DNA of 64,000 bases from Mustelus asterias (Eukaryota). Positions 37,401 to 50,201 of the stretch are shown here, one piece after another. The position numbers and the translations under genes were made by a program. Every line of letters starts with the position of its first letter. Within the stretch, counting starts at the first letter, position 1. The stretch is from assembly GCF_964213995.1 (NCBI RefSeq), contig NW_027590159.1, positions 496,001 to 560,000 on the forward strand. The letters run 5' to 3'. The notes beneath the pieces were generated by a model. It was given only the letters and a program-made list of their open reading frames with translations. It was not told the origin of the DNA and did no database searches.

Positions 37401-37579
37401 AGCTGACAATGCCCACGTGCAGTTTCACTTGTATCTGTCCTTTTGAGTACACACTACCATTAGACATGTTTCAGATGGCGATTAACTACGTTAGTCTGCA
37501 CCTATTAACCCATTAAAATCTGTTGTCGACTGAACGAAATGCTGATGTGCGCATGCTGTCAAAATAGAAACATTTCTTT

Positions 37580-40105
37580 CATAGAACATAGAACATAGAA
37601 CAGTACAGCACAGAACAGGCCCTTCGGCCCACGATGTTGTGCCGAGCTTTATCTGAAACCAAGATCAAGCTATCCCACTCCCTATCATCCTGGTGTGCTC
37701 CATGTGCCTATCCAATAACCGCTTAAATGTTTCTAAAGTGTCTGACTCCACTATCACTGCAGGCAGTCCATTCCACACCCCAACCACTCTCTGCGTAAAG
37801 AACCTACCTCTGATATCCGTCCTGTATCTCCCACCACGAACCCTATAGTTATGCCCCCTTGTAGTAGCTCCATCCACCCGAGGAAATAGTCTTTGAACGT
37901 TCACTCTATCTATCCCCTTCATCATTTTATACACCTCTATTAAGTCTCCCCTCAGCCTCCTCCGCTCCAGAGAGAACAGCCCTAGCTCCCTCAACCTTTC
38001 CTCATATGACCTACCCTCCAAACCAGGCAGCATCCTGGTAAATCTCCTCTGCACTCTTTCCAGCGCTTCCACATCCTTCTTATAGTGAGGTGACCAGAAC
38101 TGCACACAATATTCCAAATGTGGTCTCACCAAGGTCCTGTACAGTTGCAGCATAACCCCACGGCTCTTAAACTCCAACCCCCTGTTAATAAAAGCTAACA
38201 CACTATAGGCCTTCTTCACAGCTCTATCCACTTGACTGGCAACCTTTAGAGATCTGTGGATATGGACCCCAAGATCTCTCCGTTCCTCCACAGTCTTCAG
38301 AACCCTACCTTTGACCCTGTAATCCACATTTAAATTTGTCCTACCAAAATGAATCACCTCACATTTATCAGGGTTAAACTCCATTTGCCATTTTTCAGCC
38401 CAGCTTTGCATCCTATCTATGTCTCTTTGCAGCCTACAACAGCCCTCCACCTCATCCACTACTCCACCAATCTTGGTGTCATCAGCAAATTTACTGATCC
38501 ACCCTTCAGCCCCCTCCTCTAAGTCATTAATAAAAATCACAAAGAGCAGAGGACCAAGCACTGATCCCTGCGGCACACCACTAGCAACCTGCCTCCAATC
38601 CGAAAATTTTCCATCGACCACCACCCTCTGTCTTCGGTCAGACAGCCAGTTACCTATCCAATCGGCCAACTTTCCCTCTATCCCACACCTCCTCACTTTC
38701 ATCATAAGCCGACCATGGGGGACCTTATCAAACGCCTTACTAAAATCCATGTATATGACATCAACTGCCCTACCTTCATCAACACACTTAGTTACCTCCT
38801 CAAAAAATTCTATCAAATTTGTGAGGCACGACTTGCCCTTCACGAATCCGTGCTGACTATCTCGGATTAATCCGCATCTTTCTAAATGGTCGTAAATCCC
38901 ATCCCTAAGGACCCTTTCCATCAATTTACCAACCACCGAAGTAAGACTAACCGGTCTATAATTACCAGGGTCATTTCTATTCCCTTTCTTAAACAGAGGA
39001 ACAACATTCGCCATTCTCCAGTCCTCTGGCACCATCCCCGTGGACAGTGAGGACCCAAAGATCAACGCCAAAGGCTCTGCAATCTCATCCCTTGCCTCCC
39101 ACAGAATCCTAGGATACATTTCATCAGGCCCAGGGGACTTATCGACCTTCAGTTTATTCAAAACTGCCAAGACATCCTCCCTCCGAACATCTATTTCCTC
39201 CAGCCTATTAGCCTGTAACACCTTCTCTTCCTCAAAAACATGGCCCCTCTCCTTGGTGAACACTGAAGAAAAGTATTCATTCATCACCTCGCCTATCTCT
39301 ACTGACTCCATACACAAGTTCCCACTACTGTCCTTGACCGGCCCTAACCTCACCCTGGTCATTCTTTTATTCCTCACATAAGAGTAAAAAGCCTTGGGAT
39401 TTTCCTTGATCCGACCCACCAAGGACTTCTCATGTCCCCTCCTAGCTCTCCTAAGCCCCTTTTTCAGCTCATTCCTTGCTAACTTGTAACCCTCAATCGA
39501 GCCATCTGAACCTTGTTTCCTCATCCCTACATAAGCTTCCCTCTTCCTTTTCACAAGACATTCCACCTCTTTTGTGAACCATGGTTCCCTCACTCGGCCA
39601 TTTCCTCCCTGCCTGACAGGAACATACCTATCAAGGACATCCAGTATTTGTTCCTTGAAAAAGTTCCACTTTTCATTAGTTCCTTTCTCTGACAGTTTCT
39701 GTTCCCAACTTATGCCCCCTAATTCTTGCCTAATCGCATCATAATTACCCCTCCCTCAATTGTAAACCTTGCCCTGCCGTACGGCCCTATCCCTCTCCAT
39801 TGCAATAACAAAAGACACCGAATTGTGGTCACTATCTCCAAATTGCTCTCCCACAACCAAATCTAACACTTGGCCCGGTTCATTTCCCAGTACCAAATCC
39901 AATGTGGCCTCACCTCTAGTCGGCCCATCCACATATTGTGTCAGGAAACCCTCCCGCACACACTGCACAAAAACTGCCCCATCCAAACTATTTGACCTAC
40001 AAAGGTTCCAATCAATATTTGGAAAGTTAAAGTCCCCCATGACAACTACCCTGTGACCCCCACACATATCCATGTGACCCCCACACATACCCTGTGACCC
40101 CCCAC
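37580..40105 (-). mobile_element. Young 5'-truncated CR1 LINE (endonuclease C-terminus plus RT)
   Basis: MGDFN and SDH endonuclease motifs; ORFs 39756-40109 and 37665-39593 are in frame, separated by a single TGA; (ttctatg)n tail; ACATTTC on both flanks. Confidence 0.95.
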
Positions 40106-40266
40106 ACATTTCCTGTCAGTGCGCCAAAATATTCAGCATTTATTTTACAGGAAGCATTTGAGGCCGACGTCAAGCAAAGATAATATGAATCGAGATTCGG
40201 ATAATGTTCAGCAACAAACTGAAATCATTCAGATTTCTCTCACCCGACATGAAAAACCTTAATATA

Positions 40267-40320
40267 TTCTTCTGCCCGGTTTCGGACCGGGGTCCTTTAC
40301 AAGCACTAAACTACAGAAAC
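40267..40320 (-). pseudogene. tRNA-Val remnant lacking the anticodon arm
   Basis: tRNA-Val ends at the expected unit position with an internal deletion. Confidence 0.65.
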
Positions 40321-40847
40321 AAATGACAGCATATCGTCCCCAATCGGCCTGACTACAATGCTCAACTCCACTCTGTTGCTGCAGGTTCGCATGGTTAGAT
40401 TGAGGACCCATGCCACTTAATACATGAACACACTCGTTACTTTCAACCTGATGTGTCAACTTATCTTGTAATTCCAAATTAAAAAGCGTTCCTCCAGCAA
40501 ATGCCTCAGGGAACTCAATGAGTTAAAGCTCAATTGTTTCAGTTCAGAGTTCAGACGATGTTGAGTAATATCCGGCCCCAATGGTGATTGGTTCATTCCT
40601 TTCCAGCAGGAAACACCCAATCAGCTCACAGCTCCTTTATCCTACATTTCATCCAATCAGCTCCGAGTGTCTTCATTCTCCAATTCATGACGTCAGAGAG
40701 AGGAGCAGGAACAATTTGAATCTGTTCTCAGAACAACGAGCTGCACAGAAGAACATCAGAGAATAGGGAAGAGGTGTTGAAATGGACCATTTGCTCCTTC
40801 ATTAGGGCCTGTTCCGCCATTCAGTAAAATCATTGTTGATCTCCATC

Positions 40848-41888
40848 ACAGTAAGAAGTCTCGCAACACTAGGTTAAAGTCCAATCAGTTTACTTGGTCG
40901 CACGAGCTTTGGGAATACTGCTCCTTCATCAGGTGAGTGGAGAGTTGGGTTTAGAAACAGGGCATAGAAAGACACAGACTCAATTGCAAGATAATGGTTG
41001 GAATGCGTGTCTTAACAGCGAATCAAGTCTTTACAGGTACAGACAATGCGAGTGGAGAGGGGGACAATGACAGGTTAAAGCAGTGTGAATTGTCTCAAGC
41101 CAAGCCAGTTAGTAGGATTTTGCAAGCCCAGGACAAATGGTGAGGGTGACAAGTCGTGTGACATGGACCCAAGGTCCCGGTTGAGGCCGTTCTCGTGTAT
41201 GGAATTTGGCTGTCAGTTTCTGCTCAGCGATTCTGCGTTGTCGTGCGTCTTGGAGGCCGCCTTGAAGAACGCTTACCCGAAGATCGGTGGTTGAATGCCC
41301 TTGACTGCTTAAGCGTTCCCCGACAGGAAGGGAATACTCTTGCCGGGTGATTGTCGAGCGGTTGCCATTCTTCTGTTGTCGTAGCGTCTGCATAGTCTCG
41401 GCGATGTACCATGCTTCGGGATATCCTTTCCTGCAGCGTATGAGGTAGACAACTTTGGCCGAGTTGCATGTGTATGTATCGTCTACCTGGTGGATTCTGA
41501 TCCCACGTGTGATGATGGCATCCGTGTCGATGATCCAACACATCTTATAGAGGTTGCCCTGGCAGGGTTGTGTGGTGTCGTGGTCGCTGTTCTCTTGAAG
41601 GCCGGGGAGTTTTCTGCGAACAATGGTCTGTTTGAGGTTGCGCTGTTTTTTGAAGGCAAGTAGTGGGGGCGTGGAGATGGCCTTCGCGTGATATTCGTCT
41701 TCATCGATTGTACGCCGAAGGCTCCGAAGAAGATATCAGTGCTTCTCTACTCCGAAGATGTCTTGGCTTCTGCACTCTGGGGACGTAATGGAGGAGGAAG
41801 GGCACTCTGAGGGCTGTGTCCCGTACTTGTCTTCTGAGGAGGTCGGTGCGTGTTTTTGCTGTGGCGTGTCGGAACTGTCGATCGATTA
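40848..41888 (-). mobile_element. Penelope-like element, GIY-YIG 3' portion plus pLTR
   Basis: VVYLIRCRKGYPEAWYIAETMQTLRQ..EQKLTAKF. Confidence 0.88.
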
Positions 41889-42006
41889 GTCAAGCGCAAT
41901 ATCCTGTTCTCACAAGGGGGTCGGTCAAAAACGACACCGCACAGATTCCTACGTTCAACCCGAGCTGTTGGACTTCAGCTCCAAGGACAAAAACTTGCGC
42001 CAACTC

Positions 42007-42088
42007 TGGCAGCGGTGGGATTCGAACCCACGCCTCGAGAGAGACTGGAGCCTAAATCCAGCGCCTTAGACCGCTCGGCCACGCTACC
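42007..42088 (-). tRNA. tRNA-Leu(TAG), intact
   Basis: GGTAGCGTGGCCGAGCGGTCTAAGGCGCTGGATTTAGGCTCCAGTCTCTCTCGAGGCGTGGGTTCGAATCCCACCGCTGCCA; T5 terminator about 14 nt downstream. Confidence 0.95.
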
Positions 42089-43475
42089 ACACAGAAAGGT
42101 GTGCTAATCATGTCGTTCCATTGCATTAATACTGAAATATATCAAAATCCGTGGAGTTGGAATAGGCCATGACGAAATCGTAACCGAATCAGATGATCCT
42201 GAAATGTACAGCAAACAAAAATCATCTCCAGTCAGAAACACAATGAGCTGCAGCGAAGGGCCGGCTCCATTTAAATTGTCTTGAACTTCGTCTGGCTCCC
42301 AGAAAGGACAATATGGCTTCCTGTTGAATTTGCTCAGGGTCTTCACTTGAGAAAGGACAGGACACAAGGCGAGACTGAGATTTGTGCGTTCTGCCGGGAA
42401 ATAACTGATATTTGTTTTCACGGATTGGAGGAGAGCAATAAATCTTCATTTCCTGACCTGCAATCAAAACAACGGTGACAGTTTCAACTCTAACCACCAG
42501 ACCAACAGATTACAGCGTGTTTTACAATTTGCTCTGCCCACGATCCTTTTGTTATTTTAATTTCCACGCCAGACCACTTGCACCACAAACTTCTCCTGCA
42601 AAATGGCACCTTGTGTTTCAACACCAGAGTAGTGTTCAGCCAATTACAAGAATAATTCCACACTTATCGCGTCCGCCTCCCACGGTATGAAACTGGGCAG
42701 ATTTTGTTTTCCAAATCATTTTCATTGCAGACTGAGGGAAAAGTTATTTTATTTATATATTTGCACATTTTAATTAGTCTGATGGGTTTTCCTTGCATTT
42801 TCTCATTGTGAAGTCAGGGGTCACTCCTTAAAAAGGACAGACAGTAAGGATCGGCACAGAAAACAAAGGAGGATGTATTATTTGACACAAGGAATGATGG
42901 ACAAGGCAACATTGAGCTGGTGATGGCGGAACTCGGGTGTTCCAATGGTGCAAAGTCATCGTTTTCACGACCATGGTCTCGATGGCAGGTGACAAATGTG
43001 GAAATAAGCAGAGTATTTATTTTAAATTAGAAACCTGTCTATTGTGTGACGGAAAAGAAGGAAGAGAATGGCTAAAATGACGATGATCCGCTGATTGGGA
43101 AAATCACGGTCAGCTTCCCTGCTGGATCAGTGGTTTGGATTTGGCACTTTCATCACTGTGGTCTGGATCGAATTCCCAGCCAGAGAGCAATTCGTTTGTA
43201 TTGCTGTATGAAATAACACCGTGAAAAGGAAACCCTCATTGAATGAAGCCAGATCTGGCAGCGTCTGTGGGGTGAGAAACAAAGTTAATCTTGCAGCTGG
43301 ATCTTTCATCAAAGCTGGAAATGTCAGAAATGTAACAGAGGGAAAATAATTGCTTGGCTATGATTCCAAAATATGTGAGGGGCTTGAGGGGCGAAATGTT
43401 CTCTCCAAAATCCCAATTATATTCTAACCCGTTGCCTATATCGCTCTGAGCAACAGTTAGCAGGGGGCTTCGACT

Positions 43476-43557
43476 GGTAGTTGGGCCGAATTGTTTTAGT
43501 TGCTAAATTTAAGCTTCAATATCTGAAAATGTGTGCGTTCAAATCCCGCCACTGCCA
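43476..43557 (+). pseudogene. Heavily degenerate tRNA-Leu-like relic
   Basis: 82 nt GGTAG..GGCCGA..GTTCAAATCCCGCCACTGCCA, colinear with tRNA-Leu. Confidence 0.55.
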
Positions 43558-44299
43558 AAAAGTGCAGCTCGTTTGTCTGTTCAACAAGTGGCATTCTGCA
43601 AGGAAGAAAAAAGAGGGATGAAAGGTGCAGCGTGACATCCTGGGACCGAATGTGCCCTTTTGTTGCTGTAACTATTCAATAGTTTTATATGAGTAATACT
43701 CACACATTGACACTGATTGCCGTGATGTCCAAACGGCTCAGGCGGTGGATTTGAAATTGCTGTTCTCTCACGAAGATTTTAACCTCCCCCACTGCGCTGC
43801 CCAGCATTCATTCCTGTAGGTGACTGCAGAATTAATTATTCATTCAATGGAATCAAAACATTCCAAATATTCCCATCTGTTTTTCCTGCTTTACTTCCAC
43901 GTTCCTTCATTTCTGTTCATCAGCTAGAATTCACCAAAACCCCAGCCAGAAATGGAACAAAACTGAACCCAGTTGGTGACATCATTGATCTATGGGTGTT
44001 TGTGTCTTGTCAGCACTCTGCCACTCTCGGTGTCTGTGTGTGTTCCTCTGTGCATCAACGTGATTCAGTTACCAGAGGGGCTGAACACATTTTTACCATC
44101 ACAAAACTGCGGTCACTTATTCATGTACCTCAATGGCAAATAGTACAGAGAATAACAACATGTTTGAAAGTTGCGAAAAAGATTTACTGATTCAGGCTTT
44201 TTTTTTGACTGGCTCTTGCTTATTGACTCAATGGCCGTATGTTACAATGAATGCTCCCTCCACCCACATTATCTGTACCTTTAAGACCTGGCTGGCTGT

Positions 44300-44503
44300 A
44301 GAGATTTGCATTCTAATTAGTATTCTGTAACTTGTTTTCTCTGCCGGTGCACTGTTGGAGAACAGATATCCACTCCATCTGACGAAGGAGCTGTGCTCCG
44401 AAAGATTATGGTATTTGCTACCAAATAAACCTGTTGGACTTTAACCTGGTGTTGTGAGACTTCTTACTGTGCTTACCCCAGTCCAACGCCGGCATCTCCA
44501 CAC
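44300..44503 (+). mobile_element. Solo Penelope pLTR with hammerhead-like core
   Basis: ccatCTGACGAaggagctgtgctccGAAAgattatgg at 44375-44411; taccaaataaacctgttggactttaacctggtg. Confidence 0.8.
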
Positions 44504-45144
44504 CGTATGTTACAAAGCAGAGGATGATTGAAATTTTCACTGATCAACATTTAAACAGACAGTGGATTCACTCGGTGTGATGGTGCTTTCCAGTTCTATA
44601 TCTGCAACCACAGCATCAATTTTATCAGTTACTGTGAATCCCCAGTTACTGTGAATCCCATATTTCTAATAGGTTGGAAATATGCAGCAGCATGAACTAA
44701 TATATCTCGTTTTATTTGAAATGAACATTCATCGATCGATTTGTATGACAACTTACTGAATAGCAGCGAGACTGGCAAAGTTTGGACAGTGTTTCCCTGG
44801 TGTCAGAAGGACGCAAAGGATATCTATGCCGGAATATAAGTAGAGACAGGAATTGAGGGAGTCTATTTGGCTCGGGGTGCTCGGAAACCTCCAACCTTTC
44901 AACTGGCAGCTAACTTTTCTGAACAGGTTTCCGACAAAAATCCTGCAGCAGTTTAAATTCAGGGCTTTCACAGCCTGGATCCAATTCAATTCGCATTCTC
45001 GAAGTTGTGCTAGTTGTTATAATTCACACTCGGTTACGGTTTGAAAAGAGTCATATTGAACTCGGAATCTTAACTCACTGTCTTGCTCCACATTTTTTGC
45101 AAGCTCTGCTGAGAAATTCCAGCACTTTACATTTTTATTACGAC

Positions 45145-45960
45145 ATGAATCATAGGAGGAAAAGCAGACCATTCGGTCCATAGAGACTTTTCCGTCATTC
45201 AACGCCATCATGGCTGATCTTGAGCTACAACTCAGTTTTTCCACCAGCTCCCGATATTCCTGAATGCCCCAAGAAACCAGAAACCTGTTGATCCCAACCT
45301 TAAATATGCTCGATGATGGGGCATACATAACTGCCAAGTACAGAGGATGCCAAAGATTCTCAGCCCTTTGAGTGAAGCAATTTCTCCTTATCTTAGCCCT
45401 AAATGATCAGCCCGTTATCTGTGCCGCAGTGGGTTAGATTCCCCGAGCAGCAGCAAAATAATCTCTTAGCCTCCATTCTATCAATCCTAATCAGAATTGT
45501 ATAGTTTTAATGAGATCGCCTCTCATTCTTCGAAACTACAGAGAATTTCAGCCCAATTTACCCAGCGTCTCATCACAGGAAAACTCCCTCATCCAGGGAC
45601 CAATCTGTTCAACATTTTCTGTACCGTTCCCAATGAAGGCGTGTCCTTAATTAAATGTGATTATCATAACTGCACTGAATATTCAACATATGGTCTCAAC
45701 AAATCTAAATGCTGCAGCACCTCGTTATTCTTGTCCTCCCGTCTGCCGGCATTAAATACCAAAATGTAATTTCGCTTCCTCGTTATTTGCTGCACCTACA
45801 TGCTAGCATGTACATTTCTTGTACAAAAACACCTATTTTGCTTTGAATTTCAACACTTAACTTTTTCAAATATGTCCTGCTCTTCTATTTTTACGAAGAA
45901 GAGAATATCTATTCACTTTCCAAAATTACAGCCGATCTATCATCTTGACCATTCATCAAA
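45145..45960 (-). mobile_element. Old degraded CR1/L2-group LINE 3' fragment
   Basis: Tail ..gaccattcggtcc..; IFKVGINRFL-like C-terminus; paralogous copy at ~52400-52770. Confidence 0.55.
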
Positions 45961-46019
45961 GCTGTCGGTATCGTCTCCCAGCCTCTTCCTTACAACTCTT
46001 TTCTGGTGAATTCTACCAC

Positions 46020-46073
46020 AGGCTCGAACGAGAATTGAACTCGCGACGCTGATTTACAAGACCAGGGCTTTAA
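46020..46073 (-). pseudogene. tRNA-Thr(TGT) 3' remnant
   Basis: ..CTGGTCTTGTAAATCAGCGTCGCGAGTTCAATTCTCGTTCGAGCCT. Confidence 0.65.
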
Positions 46074-46392
46074 GGTCAGAGTAAGTGTAGCATTTTCAGT
46101 GGATTGTAAAACAGGCAGCATTTTCAGGTAGGAAATATTTGATGGATCTAGAAATGTCTGAGCTGGAGAGCAGGAAGCTAAAAGATGCAACTTGAAAGTG
46201 GCATAATTTGACATGTGTGCCGTGTGTGTATCATGTGATTCATCTTCAGAATCTATCGTTACTATTACATCTCTGACATTTCCAGTTCTGTTACAAGTTC
46301 ATCCAGCTGGAAGATTAACCTTGTTGCTCCCTTCACAGATGCTGTGCGTCCTGTTTTCATTAATTGAAGAATCAAACAAAAAGTTATTCACT

Positions 46393-46454
46393 CCATGACT
46401 GGGAATTGAACCTGGGGCCTCTGCGCCGAATCCTGAACACTGGGCCCTAAGTGA
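46393..46454 (-). pseudogene. tRNA-Glu-like remnant, anticodon deleted
   Basis: ..AGGATTCGGCGC..GGTTCAATTCCCAGTCATGGA. Confidence 0.5.
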
Positions 46455-46860
46455 AAGCAGATGTGAGAGATTTGCAATGAGTAGATGATCTTTGTATCCA
46501 TTGAATCATTCGCAATATCTTTCAGTGAAGACATAGTCACCATGAGGAATGATGGGAAGAGCACATGACAGGATTTGAACTTCAGTTAGAAAATCCCAGT
46601 CCATGCCCTGGGCCGCGAATAACGTCTAAATGTTTACAATCCTGTTGTTTATATCGACAGACAGTTATTCAGCCTGTGTTCCCGTGTATGGTCTCTCGGA
46701 GCAAATCCAATGCTTCCACGCAATATCGTTTACCTCAACAACTGTTTGCATTGGCACTGTCTCTCCTCGTTGTTCCTGCGAAAAACGGCACCGCACACAC
46801 TCCTGCATTCAATCTGAGTTGTGAGAAGTCAGTTGCAAGGACCAAAACTGGAATTAAATC

Positions 46861-46942
46861 TGGCAGCGGTGGGATTCGAACACACGCCTGCGGAGAGACT
46901 GGAGCCTTAATTGAGCGCCCTCGACCGCTCGGCCTCTCTACC
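46861..46942 (-). pseudogene. tRNA-Leu(AAG), degenerate
   Basis: Colinear with 42007-42088; loop TTAAGGC; broken anticodon and acceptor pairs. Confidence 0.8.
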
Positions 46943-47865
46943 ATGCCAAAACGGCGCCCAACCATATCATTTATTGATAATGTTACCGAAATTCCTTGGA
47001 AGCAACGAAGCTGGGAAAGGCCATCAGAGGCTTGAGCCAGCTCCGTCACTGAATGAAGTAATCCTGAACTGTGCAACAAACTGAAATCATCTCCAGTCCG
47101 AAACACAATGAGCTGCAGTGAAGAATCAGCGCCAGTTAAACTGTCCTTAATCTCATCTGGTTCCCAATCTCTGCCAGAAATGACAAGAAAACCTCCTGTT
47201 GAATTTGCTCAGGGTCTTCACTTCAGGATACGAGGCGAGATTGTGTTTTATATGTTCAATAGGGCAGTAACTGTCATTTGTTTTCACGGTTTGGACGAGA
47301 GCAATGAATTTGCAGTGACAGTGTCAGACTCTAACCAACAGACCAGCAGCTCACAGCGTGTTTGACAATGGGCTTTATCCACGCTGCTTGTGCTTGTTTT
47401 CTCTGATTTTCACGCCAGGCCACTTTCACCACAAAACAAGTTTCTCCTGCAAAATGGCACCTTCTGCCTCAACACCAGTGATGCTTCAGCCAATGATAGT
47501 ATATAATATACGAAACCGGTCAGACACTTTTCCAAATATTTTCATTGCTGAGTGAGGGAAAAGTTTAATTATTTAGTGTCAGTATAAAGGCGAACATCTG
47601 ACCTGTTACCATCCAGAGAGCAACCATACCTATTGGGATCAGCATCCCTATCATCAGCGCGTTGCAGCCTATCACTGTTTTTCTTTTTCTGTGTTTGAGC
47701 TTGACCTGTTGTACATGTGACATTTCTAGCTCTGATGTAAACTTGCAAACCTCAGTCGGCTGATTCCAGTAGATCTGCTTTCCATCAGAGAGTAAATCAG
47801 ATAATTTTTAATAGTTTGCTCAGAGCAATTCATAAACTTTTCCTGAGCGAAAATTGAAACCAAAT

Positions 47866-48143
47866 GTCTGTGCGGAGTTTGCACATTCTCCTCGTGTCTG
47901 CGTGGGTTTCCTCCGGGTGCTCCGGTTTCCTCCCACAGTCCAAAGATGTGCGGGTTAGGTTGATTGGCCATGCAAAAATTGCCCCTTAGTGTCCTGGGAT
48001 GCGTAGATTAGAGGGATTAGCGGGTAAAATATGTAGGGATATGGGGGTAGCGCCTGCGTGAGATTATGGTCGGTGCAGAGTCGATGGGCCGAATAGCCTC
48101 TTTCTGTACTGTAGGGTTTCTATGATTTCTATGATTTCTATGA
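47866..48143 (+). mobile_element. 5'-truncated HE1-like SINE
   Basis: V-SINE core; (tttctatga)3 tail. Confidence 0.85.
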
Positions 48144-48404
48144 TCACTGGGGGAGTGCTGAGCAAAAACCACTGGACTCCCAGAGTCACTGGTGAACTGA
48201 GTTTTTCAAACTGACTTATCCTATATCCCTTTGCTTATTATTTTCATCTCTGATCTTTTTTTTACCAGAGACAACATTCCCCATCAACATGTCCTATTTG
48301 GATGGAACATACGTGCCTCCTTCAGGCAATGACAACACCGATTGAGTTCATTCGGTCACGAAATTGACAGTGAGGCGAAATAGTCCCATAAGGTGCTCAA
48401 GTGA

Positions 48405-48790
48405 TCGAGGTTATAACATCCTGAAAAAGGATTGATAGTGTAAACGTAGACCAAATGTTTCCTCTTACGGTACAATCAAGAACAACAGGTCACATTTATA
48501 GGTTGAGAGGCGGGAGATGAGATGTCGCTGAAATGAGGAGGAATACTTCCAACAGAGGGTCGTGAATTTGTGGAACTCGCTGACCCATAGCGCGGTAGAG
48601 TTTGAATCATTAAATGGTTTCAAGAAGGAGAAAGATGCATTACTAATTTAAAAGAAGAATGAGGGGATATTGGAACAGGTGGGGAGGTGGATTTGAGACC
48701 AGAGGAAGATCAGCCATGAACTGATTGAATGTTGGTTCAGGCTGGAAGCGCTGAATTTGCCTACTTCTGCTCCTAATTCATATGTTCGTA
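48405..48790 (+). mobile_element. Degraded CR1 3' fragment
   Basis: cagagggtcgtgaatttgtggaac (QRVVNLWN) and CR1-like 3'UTR. Confidence 0.6.
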
Positions 48791-49258
48791 AGTGTAACTT
48801 GAATTTTCAAAGCCCACCATCTCATCACTGTGCCTTCAGTTTAATCTAAGTGCATTACATCCACTGGTTCCCCTTTATCAACAGCACAGCCGGGTCCCGT
48901 AAAGAACTTAGAAATTGCCCCATTTTGTGGTGTAATCACTTTGAAATTCTGTTTCCCTCATTTAATCTCTAATGACTTCCAGCTTAATAGAGATATTTCC
49001 TGTCGTTATGCTGCTGGATATCACTTGCTTAAAGCGTCCGGCATTTCTAACCATTCCCAGCTTTACTGACAGATTATGGATGTAAAAGATGAGCTTTATT
49101 TTCTTGTGCACACACGCTGCCTGACTTCTTGAGTTTTTCCAACACTTTCACCTTTCACCACAGATGTCTGAGCAGCTTTGGGTGGCAATGGAAGTATTTT
49201 TAGTTGAACCACCTCCCTCCCCCCCATCCCCCCCACCACACCCCCCCCCCTTCCCTTC

Positions 49259-49348
49259 CCCGCGTAGGTCTGGGGGTATGATTTTCCCTTCATTTGTTAA
49301 CAATCATAAATTTGCTGGAGGTCCCGGGTTCAAATCCCGGGCGAGCCC
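49259..49348 (+). pseudogene. tRNA-Pro-like pseudogene with ~18 extra nt in the anticodon loop
   Basis: CGTAGGTCTGGGGGTATGATTTTCCCTT..AGGTCCCGGGTTCAAATCCCGGGCGAGCCC matches the tRNA-Pro ends. Confidence 0.7.
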
Positions 49349-50201
49349 TGGTTCAGCTGTTATTTCGTATTGGACACGTCATCGGCTTTGTAAATGTATT
49401 TGCTCTGCACAAGGCAGGATTGGTTTATATGGGTTTTGGTTTGAGAACCTGAACACACACTGCAGGATATCTATCAACACAATAACTCACACAAAAAAAT
49501 CAAGACATTTTCAAAAGGTTACTATGCTTGTAGACATTCATTTTATCCCTATTCACATGAGGGGACCCTGTGTTTGTTGGTTCAAACAACTGGCTCTGTA
49601 TATATAGTTATCCATTCATGGTTTGTGGATGCGTCCCCCACTCGCTGTCTCTATTTTTCTCATTGTCTCTATATGTCTCTCCCTCAGAATCTCTCAGTCT
49701 CTCTGAATGTGTTTTTATTCCATTTCCCTATTTAGCGCTTCGCTGTCTCTTTTATCTCGCTGTCTATGTGTAACCAAGGTTTACTGGTGAGAGTTTTTGA
49801 TGAGGCAGTTGTCCTGGGAGGAGAGATTCAGTGGGATGAGTGTATTTACTCTGGAGTTTAGAATAATCAGAAGTAATCTTATTGAAAAGTCAAAGATTGG
49901 CAAACAGTTTGACAGTGTACAAGCTGAGACGCTGTTCTCCCCATCCCGACTAGGTAACTTAGAACAAAAAAAATTAAGGTGAAAGATGTAAGAGGAGTTT
50001 GCAATGTTTGGGAGAGGTGAACCTCAGAAGTGGAAGATGAGAATGATGTTATTGATGATTGCGAGGAATGCATTGTAACCTAAGGCATTCTGTAGGTCGA
50101 TTCATTGTAATCTTTGAAATCAGAACAATCTGAAACGCCAGATGGAAAAAGTATATTTGTCTCCATGCATTTTAGGTTATGGGAAGCTACTTTCGCCATG
50201 T

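Larger units (their letters stand above)
20511..40500 (-). repeat. Tandem array of ~1.1-1.23-kb tRNA-Val-containing units, interrupted at ~22500-27309 and 37580-40105
   Basis: Recurrent spacer motifs (ggaaagtccagtagatccgcactgag; cccattaaattctgttg; gagcaatgatttctgc); tRNA spacing 1096, 1229, 1233, 1219 and 1216 bp. Confidence 0.95.

Noticed and set aside
20511-40500. CRISPR-like array or phage/integrative element at tRNA genes
   Set aside because: Vertebrate DNA; whole ~1.2-kb units repeat with no unique spacers, and no cas or integrase genes are present
43720-43800. Possible tRNA-Ser relic
   Set aside because: Similarity too weak to support a cloverleaf
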